Positions 34,155-42,512 of a stretch of 59,323 nt of DNA are shown piece after piece (positions within the stretch are counted from its first letter, which is position 1; every line of letters starts with the position of its first letter). The DNA lies in assembly GCA_949425575.1 (NCBI GenBank), contig CASPVX010000003.1, positions 1 through 59,323 of the forward strand, read 5' to 3'. A program made the position numbers and the translations under genes. Below the pieces are notes generated by a model, which was given only the letters and a program-made list of their open reading frames with translations, ran no database searches and was not told the DNA's origin. The DNA comes from an uncultured Bacilli bacterium. Its GTDB lineage: Bacteria; Bacillota_I; Bacilli_A; RF39; UBA660.

Positions 34155-35057
34155 ATGCATATTAGTGTTTTGCTTAATGAAAGCATCGAATATTTAAACC
34201 TAAAACCAAATAGTGTAGTTGTGGATTGCACACTTGGTTATGGTGGTCACAGCAGTGAAATATTAAAAAGAATTCCAGATGGTTTTTTGTATGCCTTTGA
34301 TCAAGATCAAAGAGCCATAGAAGAAGCAAGAAAAAAATTAGATACAATCGGAAAAAACTACAAAATAATCAATGATAATTTTGTAAACTTAAACAAACAT
34401 ATTGAAAAAGCAGATGGGATACTTTTTGATTTAGGTGTTTCATCACCACAATTAGACGAAGCTGAAAGGGGCTTTAGTTTTCACAAAGATGCTAATTTAG
34501 ATATGCGAATGAACGAAAATAATCCATTATCAGCATTTAATGTTGTAAATGAATATCCATTAAATGATCTAATTAGAATCTTTAGAGAATATGGAGAAGA
34601 AAAGTTTGCAGTAAGTATTGCTAAAGGTATTGTTAAAGCCAGAGAAGAAAAGAATATTGAAACAACTTTAGAACTTACTGAAATTATTAAAGCCAATGTT
34701 CCTATGAAATATAGACGTGAAAAACACCCAGCACGTAAAGTATTTCAAGCGATAAGAATAGAAGTTAATAATGAATTAGAGGTATTTGAAATAGCGCTTA
34801 AAGATGCCTTATCTAAAATAAATATAGGTGGCAGAATTTGTGTTATAACTTTTCATTCATTAGAAGATAAATTATGTAAAAAAATATTTAAGGAAGTTAG
34901 TACTGTTCCAAAAGAGTTTAAAGATTTACCAATTCTTCCAGAAGAGTATGAGCCTAAATACAAAATAATAGCTAATATTGCACCAACTGATGAGGAAATA
35001 GAAAATAATGCAAGATCAAGGAGTGCAAGACTTAGAGTCATAGAAAGAAGAAGATAG
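34155..35057 (+). CDS. rsmH: 16S rRNA (cytosine1402-N4)-methyltransferase RsmH
   Basis: HISVLLNE...VDCTLGYGGHS...DLGVSSPQLD...FHSLEDK. Confidence 0.92.
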   Translation: MHISVLLNESIEYLNLKPNSVVVDCTLGYGGHSSEILKRIPDGFLYAFDQDQRAIEEARKKLDTIGKNYKIINDNFVNLNKHIEKADGILFDLGVSSPQLDEAERGFSFHKDANLDMRMNENNPLSAFNVVNEYPLNDLIRIFREYGEEKFAVSIAKGIVKAREEKNIETTLELTEIIKANVPMKYRREKHPARKVFQAIRIEVNNELEVFEIALKDALSKINIGGRICVITFHSLEDKLCKKIFKEVSTVPKEFKDLPILPEEYEPKYKIIANIAPTDEEIENNARSRSARLRVIERRR

Positions 35058-35059
35058 AC

Positions 35060-35353
35060 ATGGTTAAAAAGAAGAAGAAAAGCAGATTTACTAAAGGTGA
35101 AAGATTATTAATTTTTTATGGTGCTTTAGCATTTGTTTTTATGGTGGGATTTAAAATTTTCTGCGAAGCTTCTGTAAGTGAACTTAAAATGAGTATTGAA
35201 CAAGTGAAATATAATATTGATGCTCAAGAAAAGAAAAATGAAAGTTTAACTATGAAAGTTAATGAACTTACTTCTTTTGAAAATGTTAACAGTGTTGTCA
35301 AAGAGATGGGATTAGCGTATAATAATGATAATATCATCGTAATAGACGATTAA
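35060..35353 (+). CDS. ftsL: Cell division protein FtsL
   Basis: Position after rsmH. Basic N-terminus, single TM helix, coiled-coil. Confidence 0.7.
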   Translation: MVKKKKKSRFTKGERLLIFYGALAFVFMVGFKIFCEASVSELKMSIEQVKYNIDAQEKKNESLTMKVNELTSFENVNSVVKEMGLAYNNDNIIVIDD

Positions 35354-35366
35354 AGAAGGTGTTAAT

Positions 35367-37541
35367 GTGAAAAATGGGAAACGAAAAAGTAGCACATGGA
35401 AAACTCCTAAAAGACTCTTTTTTGTTTTTTTTCTAATATTTGGAATTTTATTTGCTAGATATTGTTATCTAGCTCTTTCGACTACTGTAAATGGTCACAA
35501 TATCCAAGAGTTTGCTGCCAATCGTAACACCGTTGCTAAAATTCTTCAAGCTAAAAGAGGTACTATTTATGATACTGAGGGAAATATTTTAGCTAATAAT
35601 GTAACTTCATATACAATAATTGCATATTTAGATGAAAAAAGAAGTACAAAAAAACAATTAAATCATGTGGAAGATATAGAAGCAACTGCTGAAGCACTCG
35701 CACCTATATTAGATGCAGATAAAAATAAAATAATTGATATTTTACAAAAGGGTAAAGATAAAAAAAGATATCAAGTTGAGCTTGGTACAATGGGAAAAGA
35801 TTTAACTGAATTAAAAAAAGGTGAGGTAGAAGAATTAAATTTACCAGGAATTGATTTTGAAGAGAGTTATAAAAGATATTATCCAAATGGAGATTTTGCT
35901 TCTTATATTTTAGGGTATGCTAAAACAAATGAGAAAAAAGAAGAAGATGGAAGTATTACAACTACCATTGATGGTGAACTCGGAATAGAAGCTAAATTTG
36001 ATAAAAAGTTAAAAGGTACAGATGGTTATTTATCTTATCAAAGAGATAGGTTTGGTTATAAAATTCCAGATACAAAAGAAACAAGAATAGATGCAGTTGA
36101 TGGAAGTAATATATATTTAACTTTAGATGCTTCTATTCAAAGGTTTACAGAAACAGCAGTTAAAACAATTGAAGAAAAATATAAACCAGATTGGTCAATT
36201 ATTTCTGTTATGGACGCTAAAACAGGAGACATTTTAGCTTCATCTTCAACACCATCATTTGATCCAAATAAAAGAAATATTACGAATTACGAAAATCCAT
36301 TAGTTTCAAACGCGTTTGAACCAGGAAGTACAATGAAAATTTATACATATATGTGTGCATTAGAAAAAGGAACTTATAATGGAACAAATACTTTCAAGTC
36401 AGGATCTATTAAAGTGGAAGATGCTACAATTAAGGATTGGAATAATACTGGATGGGGAACAGTAACATATGATAAAGGGTTTGAGTATTCAAGTAATGTA
36501 GGTATTTCTTATATGCTTCAATCATTTATTGGTAGAGAAGATTTAAAAAATTGTTTTGAAAAATATGGTTTTGGAAAAGCTACTGGCGTTGATATGGCAA
36601 GAGAACTTAGTGGGAAATTAGGATTTAAGTATCCTGTTGAAGTTGCGAATGCTGGATTTGGACAAGGTATTCAAACCACACCAATTCAGCATTTAAAAGC
36701 GTTAAGTATGCTTGCTAATAATGGTAAGGCTTTAACGCCACATGTTGTTTCAAAAGTTGTAGATCCAAATACAGGTAAAACAACATACAAGAGAAAAGTT
36801 GAACTTTCTGAACAGTTAGCAAGCAAAGAGACTATATCGAAGATGAAAGATTTAATGTATAATGTTATCAATAGTGACGATCCACAAGCAACGGGTAGAA
36901 GATATAAAATAGATGGTTTTGAAATTATTGGGAAAACAGGAACCGCGCAAATATATGATAGTAGGAATGGTGGGTATTTAAAAGGAAGCAATGCTTATGT
37001 TTATTCATTCGCAGGAATGTATCCTAAAGATGATCCAGAAATTATTATATATGCTGCTGTTAAAAGACCAAATGTAGGTGCTACAACGGTTTTATCAGAA
37101 CCTATTGTAGAACTTATAAAAAACATTTCTAAATATAAAAAAATGTTTACTTCTATTACAAATAAAGATAGTATGAAATCTATTAAATTAGATTCTTATA
37201 TTAATAAAAAAACAGAAAATGTTAAATTAGAACTTGCTAATAGTAAAATTAATACAGTAGTTATAGGTAATGGTGAAAAAATAATTAATCAATATCCTGC
37301 TAAAGGAGAAACAGTTTTATCATATGACAAGGTATTTTTAATTACTAATGATAACTCTAAAAAAATGCCAAATTTAATTGGGTATTCAAGATCTGAGGCA
37401 ATTTATTTAATGAAAACTTTAGGTTATGATTATGAAATAGAAGGTTATGGCTATGTCACTAATCAAAGCGTTGAAGCTGGTAAGAATGTCAACGGAAAAG
37501 TTATTATTAAATTAGAGAGTAAGGAAGAAAAAAAAGAATAG
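35367..37541 (+). CDS. pbpB: Class B penicillin-binding protein (PBP2B-type, two C-terminal PASTA domains)
   Basis: Dimerisation domain, STMK-type active site (EPGSTMK), SSN, KTGT. Two PASTA-like repeats at the C-terminus. Confidence 0.88.
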   Translation: MKNGKRKSSTWKTPKRLFFVFFLIFGILFARYCYLALSTTVNGHNIQEFAANRNTVAKILQAKRGTIYDTEGNILANNVTSYTIIAYLDEKRSTKKQLNHVEDIEATAEALAPILDADKNKIIDILQKGKDKKRYQVELGTMGKDLTELKKGEVEELNLPGIDFEESYKRYYPNGDFASYILGYAKTNEKKEEDGSITTTIDGELGIEAKFDKKLKGTDGYLSYQRDRFGYKIPDTKETRIDAVDGSNIYLTLDASIQRFTETAVKTIEEKYKPDWSIISVMDAKTGDILASSSTPSFDPNKRNITNYENPLVSNAFEPGSTMKIYTYMCALEKGTYNGTNTFKSGSIKVEDATIKDWNNTGWGTVTYDKGFEYSSNVGISYMLQSFIGREDLKNCFEKYGFGKATGVDMARELSGKLGFKYPVEVANAGFGQGIQTTPIQHLKALSMLANNGKALTPHVVSKVVDPNTGKTTYKRKVELSEQLASKETISKMKDLMYNVINSDDPQATGRRYKIDGFEIIGKTGTAQIYDSRNGGYLKGSNAYVYSFAGMYPKDDPEIIIYAAVKRPNVGATTVLSEPIVELIKNISKYKKMFTSITNKDSMKSIKLDSYINKKTENVKLELANSKINTVVIGNGEKIINQYPAKGETVLSYDKVFLITNDNSKKMPNLIGYSRSEAIYLMKTLGYDYEIEGYGYVTNQSVEAGKNVNGKVIIKLESKEEKKE

Positions 37542-37666
37542 AGTAATCTGTTCTTTTTTTGTAAATATACTAATTTTCTAAATTGGAGTATAAAAAAATA
37601 GGTTTCAATGTTATTTAATTATATGAAAATGGCAAAATAGCTAGGCGAAAATACCAAATTGGTCAT

Positions 37667-37695
37667 TTGTATTAATATTAAAAGTAATATATAGT
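37667..37695 (+). promoter_or_regulatory. Candidate promoter of the small-ORF mRNA (TTGTAT-17-TATAGT)
   Basis: The predicted TSS (~37702) coincides with the first base of the left inverted repeat. Confidence 0.45.
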
Positions 37696-37700
37696 GCATA

Positions 37701-37733
37701 TTGGAGAAATTGAAATCTCTATCGATGTCTACC
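37701..37733 (+). repeat. Left arm of a ~32-nt inverted repeat flanking the small ORF
   Basis: TTGGAGAAATTGAAATCTCTATCGATGTCTACC pairs with 37905..37936 as 14 bp + internal loop + 13 bp. Confidence 0.85.
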
Positions 37734-37768
37734 TCTCATAACCAAAAGTTAGAAAGGGGTTTGATATT

Positions 37769-37849
37769 ATGAATAAGAAAGATTACTTAGTAATATTGCT
37801 TGTTATAATCATCATTTTATTGATTTTATTTCCGCAAGGAATTAATTAG
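37769..37849 (+). CDS. 26-aa hydrophobic peptide, candidate type I toxin. Not in the ORF track
   Basis: RBS AAAGGGG 8 nt upstream. MNKKDYLVILLVIIIILLILFPQGIN. Confidence 0.5.
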   Translation: MNKKDYLVILLVIIIILLILFPQGIN

Positions 37850-37851
37850 AT

Positions 37852-37937
37852 AAAAAAAGACATCAAAACTAGTAATTGTTTTAATGTCTTTCACAATGAA
37901 AATTGGGTAGACATTGATATGTTTCAATATCTCCACT
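37852..37937 (-). ncRNA. Candidate ~85-nt antisense RNA (antitoxin), convergent with the small ORF
   Basis: Minus-strand extended -10 TGtTATAGT (37944..37952). Minus-strand terminator hairpin 37856..37891 followed by a U-run, ending 3 nt after the ORF stop. Confidence 0.45.
37905..37936 (+). repeat. Right arm of the inverted repeat
   Basis: GGGTAGACATTGATATGTTTCAATATCTCCAC. Confidence 0.85.
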
Positions 37938-37976
37938 AATTAAACTATAACACATTCCCTATAAATATTCTAGTAA

Positions 37977-38002
37977 AAAGAGAAAATTATTTCTCTTTTT
38001 TT
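37977..38002 (+). terminator. Intrinsic terminator closing the small-ORF transcript
   Basis: Stem AAAGAGAAA/TTTCTCTTT, loop ATTA, T-run. Confidence 0.7.
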
Positions 38003-38064
38003 GTGTCTATTTCTCCCATTACAGTATATATGTATAAAAGAATTTCATAAAAAAACGCTTATAA

Positions 38065-39615
38065 CTAAGCGATTTTTTTTGCATGTACTACTAGTCTATT
38101 ATCAGAATTGTTATAACAAGTAGACAATGTTAGAATTTTATCATTCGAATTTATATCTGTATTGAAGTTGTAAATACTTTTTTGTTTTATTGTTTGTAAG
38201 AAATCATTATAATTATTTTGATGTTTAAAATTAACTACTAAATAATCATTAGTAACTGGTGTTGTATAAATGGAAAATATTTTCCATTTTGATGATCCAC
38301 TACCAGTATCAAATGTTATTGTATGGTTGCTAGAATTAGTATACCAACTTTTGTTTAATACCTTTTTAAGTGAACCAAACATAATATTACCATCATTATG
38401 TCCATAAATAATAGTATTATTATCAAGTGGATTTATTTTATTTCGATAATCAGCAAATAACCATCCATTTTGATTCGCTTTTTTAGAAAAACTATGGTTT
38501 AAATAATAACTATTATCATTATGTTTTACAACTGGATAATCTACATTGGTATTATTTACTTTTAACCACCCAATAGTTTCATTATTTATTTTTTTTAGCT
38601 CACTTAAAATTTTGCTGTATTTTTTATTATATTCATTTTCTTCTTTTTTAATTTCTGTTTTAGCAACAGGAATAGGTTCCTTGTCAATTTTTTCAATTTT
38701 TTCTTGAACTTGTTTAATTTCATCATTAGCTTTAAAGTCAAAAAATTTATAAATTATAATTATTCCAATAATTAGCGTAATCATTATAAATAGAGAAGTT
38801 GTTAAGAGATTTAAATTAATTTGTTTTAAAAAATATTTTTCCTTATATTCATCTGAATATATTATTTTAATTTTGATTTTTTTCTCTTTTATTATACTTT
38901 GAATTTTCTTTAAGTAATCAATGGATTTAGAAATGTTTTCATTTTCCTCATATATATTTACTTTGATGTTCTTCTTGCCATTTTTAATTAAACATTCGAT
39001 AATGTTATGAATATCTTTATCATTATAATTTTTGACATCAATTGATTTTAATTTTTTATTTACTTTTAAAAATGTTTCAAAATCAATTAAATCATTTTTA
39101 TCAAATGTATTAATTATAATATTTTTCTTATAATAAATATCAGAGTAGGTAGCAATATTATTAGCTTTCATAAAATTGCTTATAAATAATAATTCACTTC
39201 TTACTTCCACAGTTAGTTTTTTGTTTAATTTTTCAAACATAAAATTAGAAATATTGAAACAATTTAAATGATTTAAATATTTTGAACTGTAAATCATTTC
39301 TGCCAAATCACTAGTAATATTTTCATCACTAGTAATATGTAACTTGGTTAAATTAGGGAGATAATTAGTAAGGTGAAGGACTAGTTTTGTTAGTTTTATA
39401 TCTTTTACAACTATATTAGTTACATTATTTTTTAAAATAACAACATTTAAAAATGCTGATACTAATTCCATATTTTCAATTATATACTCATCTGTAAAGA
39501 TTATGTTTTTAGTATTAATTATGTTGGTATTATTAAGATTAGCATTATCTGTTTCTTTGTTATATGTACTAAAACATAAATCGTTTTTTGTAACTTTTAT
39601 AAGTATTTTATGCAT
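38065..39615 (-). CDS. srtB: Class B sortase with ~270-aa N-terminal cytoplasmic extension
   Basis: GWLKVNNTNVDYPVV...YYLNH, IIYGHN (His), TLSTC (Cys), NRLVVHA (Arg). TM helix at ORF residues ~275-296. GGAGGG RBS before the ATG at 39615. Confidence 0.8.
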   Translation of the reverse strand: MHKILIKVTKNDLCFSTYNKETDNANLNNTNIINTKNIIFTDEYIIENMELVSAFLNVVILKNNVTNIVVKDIKLTKLVLHLTNYLPNLTKLHITSDENITSDLAEMIYSSKYLNHLNCFNISNFMFEKLNKKLTVEVRSELLFISNFMKANNIATYSDIYYKKNIIINTFDKNDLIDFETFLKVNKKLKSIDVKNYNDKDIHNIIECLIKNGKKNIKVNIYEENENISKSIDYLKKIQSIIKEKKIKIKIIYSDEYKEKYFLKQINLNLLTTSLFIMITLIIGIIIIYKFFDFKANDEIKQVQEKIEKIDKEPIPVAKTEIKKEENEYNKKYSKILSELKKINNETIGWLKVNNTNVDYPVVKHNDNSYYLNHSFSKKANQNGWLFADYRNKINPLDNNTIIYGHNDGNIMFGSLKKVLNKSWYTNSSNHTITFDTGSGSSKWKIFSIYTTPVTNDYLVVNFKHQNNYNDFLQTIKQKSIYNFNTDINSNDKILTLSTCYNNSDNRLVVHAKKIA

Positions 39616-39683
39616 AAAAGCGCCCTCCATTATCCATGCTATAAATATAATAGCACACCCATGTTATATAAGTAAAGAAAATC

Positions 39684-39704
39684 CTTGACATTATATTTGT
39701 CAAG
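39684..39704. promoter_or_regulatory. Perfect palindrome CTTGACA-N7-TGTCAAG in the divergent srtB/substrate intergenic region
   Basis: 7-bp arms, read directly. It contains TTGACA on both strands. Confidence 0.4.
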
Positions 39705-39781
39705 TTTTGAAAACTTACAATTAATAACATTTACATTATAAGTGTCATCTGGTAATATTTATAGTAGAAAGAAGGTATATT

Positions 39782-40891
39782 ATGAAGAAGCTAAAAATGT
39801 TATGTATAGCCTTTATTGCAATGATATTCAGTATGACAGGGGCAAGTGCAATAAGTCTAAGTTTTTCAGAAAATTCAAGCAATGGAAATATTACGGTTTC
39901 ACCATATTCAAGTGGGCTTAAATATCAATGGGTGCATGTTGATTACGAACCATATCATAAGGTGGAAGCGCATCTTAAGGGAATCGTTAATGAAATTAAA
40001 GAAATGCATAAAGATTTAGAGGCGGCTAGAGTTAAAGCAAATAATGCAAGACAAAAACATAGCGATGCTAATGAGAAATTAAAAGCAGAACAAGCAAAAG
40101 ATCCAAACTCTGATGCAACAAAGCTTGCAAGACAAGAAGCACTAAATGCGTATAATGAATATGAAGCAGCTAAAGCAAAATATGATGTAGAGGAAAATAA
40201 ATACAGTGCTAAATATGCAGAATTTAATAATGAAGTAGCTAAAATTGCTCCAATAAATGAAAGTAATTGGAAAGATATGACAAGTGGAACTGTAGCGTTT
40301 GATTCTACTGGTTATTCTCAATCAGATGCAGCAGTTATATGGGTAAAAACTAGTACTGGCAATGAAAGTAAAATTTATCTTTATGATCAACCAACAAATT
40401 CTTTAAGGGCTGAAGTTGACTGTCCTGTTATAAGAAAATTTTGTGAAGTAGATGGAAATACATATTATGGTAAAGATGGAAACAAAGTAACAAAAGAAGT
40501 TTACGAAGATGAATGCTTACCTAAAATTTGTAAAATAGTAGATGGTAAACATTATGGTCTTTCAGGAAAAGAAGTAGATGAAAAAACTTATAATGAAGAA
40601 TGTGGACCAAAAGTATGTGTATTTGACAATGGAAAGTATTACAATAAAGAAGGTAAAGAAGTTACAGAAGAAGAGTATAATAAAGAATGTCATCCAACAT
40701 GTAAAGTAGAAGATGGAAAATACTATGGACCTGAGGGAGAAGAATTAACAAAAGCAGAATATGAAAAATTATGTGCTTCAAATCCTAAAACAGGGTTCGG
40801 ATTACCATTCACAGTAGGATTCATTTTACTTGGTGGTGGAGCAGCAGGAATTATGCTTGCTAACAGAAAAAAACTATTTAAACAAATTTAA
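39782..40891 (+). CDS. Cell-wall-anchored surface protein with NPKTG sorting signal. Coiled-coil region plus four Cys-bracketed repeats
   Basis: Signal peptide. C-terminus NPKTGFGLP + hydrophobic stretch + RKKLFKQI. Adjacent to and divergent from srtB. Confidence 0.8.
   Translation: MKKLKMLCIAFIAMIFSMTGASAISLSFSENSSNGNITVSPYSSGLKYQWVHVDYEPYHKVEAHLKGIVNEIKEMHKDLEAARVKANNARQKHSDANEKLKAEQAKDPNSDATKLARQEALNAYNEYEAAKAKYDVEENKYSAKYAEFNNEVAKIAPINESNWKDMTSGTVAFDSTGYSQSDAAVIWVKTSTGNESKIYLYDQPTNSLRAEVDCPVIRKFCEVDGNTYYGKDGNKVTKEVYEDECLPKICKIVDGKHYGLSGKEVDEKTYNEECGPKVCVFDNGKYYNKEGKEVTEEEYNKECHPTCKVEDGKYYGPEGEELTKAEYEKLCASNPKTGFGLPFTVGFILLGGGAAGIMLANRKKLFKQI
40442..40774 (+). repeat. Four tandem 25-aa Cys-to-Cys repeats (period 28-29 aa)
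   Basis: CEVDGNTYYGKDGNKVTKEVYEDEC / CKIVDGKHYGLSGKEVDEKTYNEEC / CVFDNGKYYNKEGKEVTEEEYNKEC / CKVEDGKYYGPEGEELTKAEYEKLC. Confidence 0.9.
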
Positions 40892-40962
40892 TTAAAAAGG
40901 CGGTAACGTCTTTTTTTATTGGCATTTTTAAAGTTTATTGCTATAATATAGGTAGGAAGTGA

Positions 40963-41550
40963 GTGGTAAAATTGGAAAAGGAGAAAAGGCTTCAAAATAG
41001 TAATGTAAAATACACTATTTTGAATTATATTTTATTCTTTTTTGCTTTTTCATTTATTGGCTGGATTTGGGAAGTAGGTCTTTGTCTAGTTCAAAGTGGT
41101 GAACTTGTAAAAAAAGGAACATTGTTTGGTCCTTGGCTTCCAATTTATGGAGCAGGCGGAGTTTTAGTCTTAATTTTATTTAGACGATTTTATAAAAAAC
41201 CAGTATTAACATTCTTTTTATCTATGATAGTTTGTTCAATACTAGAATATTTTACAAGCTATTTTTTAGAAAAGGCAACTGGACTTAGATGGTGGGATTA
41301 TAGTGGATTTCTTTTAAATTTAGATGGAAGAATTTGCTTAGAAGGTTCTATTATATTTGGTATTGGGGGCTGTTTAGTAATTTATTATGCGGCACCATTT
41401 TTAAAAAAATACTTTGATAAAATAAAACGACTACCACTTATTATTTTTACAATAATTCTTTCATTACTGTTTATCGCAGATGAAGTGTATTCTAGGTTTC
41501 ATCCAAACGTAAGTGCAGGAATAAATATAACAGAAAAAAACACAGGCTAA
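40963..41550 (+). CDS. CmpB-like 'putative ABC-transporter type IV' membrane protein (paralogue of 3509..4066)
   Basis: GWIWEVGL...GTLFGPWLPIYGAGG...LEYFTSYFLEKATGLRWWDYS. Confidence 0.55.
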   Translation: MVKLEKEKRLQNSNVKYTILNYILFFFAFSFIGWIWEVGLCLVQSGELVKKGTLFGPWLPIYGAGGVLVLILFRRFYKKPVLTFFLSMIVCSILEYFTSYFLEKATGLRWWDYSGFLLNLDGRICLEGSIIFGIGGCLVIYYAAPFLKKYFDKIKRLPLIIFTIILSLLFIADEVYSRFHPNVSAGINITEKNTG

Positions 41551-42377
41551 ATGCTTGTGTTTTCTTTTTTGTTTTTAAGTTTAATATATAATTCTGTAAA
41601 CGTTGCTAGATGGTATGGATTAGAATATAAAATTCCAGTAATACCTAATGTTAATGCATCTAGTATATTCCATCCAATAAATGATAAATCTAAAACGAAT
41701 GCTCTCCACTTATTACCATACATCATTTCTTTTGAACGTTTAAATATTTCTTTTCGGTCCAATTCAGGATTATCAGCTAATATGTATGGAATCATACGAT
41801 ATTCATAATATTTTATTGGAAGACCAATAATTGTAAAGGTCCATAGAACTAAATAAATATATCTAAATATCATTGTTACAACAACATTATCATAGTAGTT
41901 TCCTTTTTGGAATGCGAATAAAAGTGTTTTTAATTTTACTTTGCTTTTAGAATGATTTTCAATAAAAAACTTTCGGCTACCTACAATAAAAGGGTAGGCA
42001 AATAGGAATTTATAAGCTATTTCTAAACAAAATGCTAGTAGTAATCCGAATGCTAAATAATAGTGATTTTCGAAAAATCTTTCTATTGAGCCAATTAGTT
42101 TAAATAAAAAAGATTGTGATTCTGAAACTATATCTACAAGTTGATCTGTTACCGTTCCATCATTTAAATTAATAATTTCTAAATTAGTTTTATTTTCTGA
42201 GTGATTCACCACATTTTCATCAATAACAACCTCAGCGTTATAAGATTGTGTTATGGTAAATGAACCTGTGTACTCATAAGTTAGAAATCCAAGTAAGAAA
42301 CAAACAGCTATACAAAGCAAATAGTTTTTAGATATTTTTTTTCTTGCTGAAGATTTTAGTTCAGATCTTTTCCACAT
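41547..42377 (-). CDS. DUF975-family membrane protein
   Basis: MWKRSELKSSARKKISKNY start typical of DUF975, polytopic. AGGAG RBS. Confidence 0.55.
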   Translation of the reverse strand: MWKRSELKSSARKKISKNYLLCIAVCFLLGFLTYEYTGSFTITQSYNAEVVIDENVVNHSENKTNLEIINLNDGTVTDQLVDIVSESQSFLFKLIGSIERFFENHYYLAFGLLLAFCLEIAYKFLFAYPFIVGSRKFFIENHSKSKVKLKTLLFAFQKGNYYDNVVVTMIFRYIYLVLWTFTIIGLPIKYYEYRMIPYILADNPELDRKEIFKRSKEMMYGNKWRAFVLDLSFIGWNILDALTLGITGILYSNPYHLATFTELYIKLKNKKENTSI

Positions 42378-42512
42378 ACTGTTAACTCCTATCTACTAGT
42401 AATTATATATTAATTTTTTATACTTTTCAATAAAAGGAGGTATATTAATTATGGACAATTGAATGTTTTTCACTTTTATAGTATAGTAAAAATGAAAAAT
42501 CGAGGTGATTAT

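Noticed and set aside
42451-42462. Three-codon mini-ORF (ATG GAC AAT TGA) behind a perfect AAGGAGG RBS, upstream of the frameshifted Gre-like gene.
   Set aside because: It may be a leader mini-cistron or the stump of a deleted gene. With only 3 codons and no associated attenuator structure that I could see, there is nothing to support a function.
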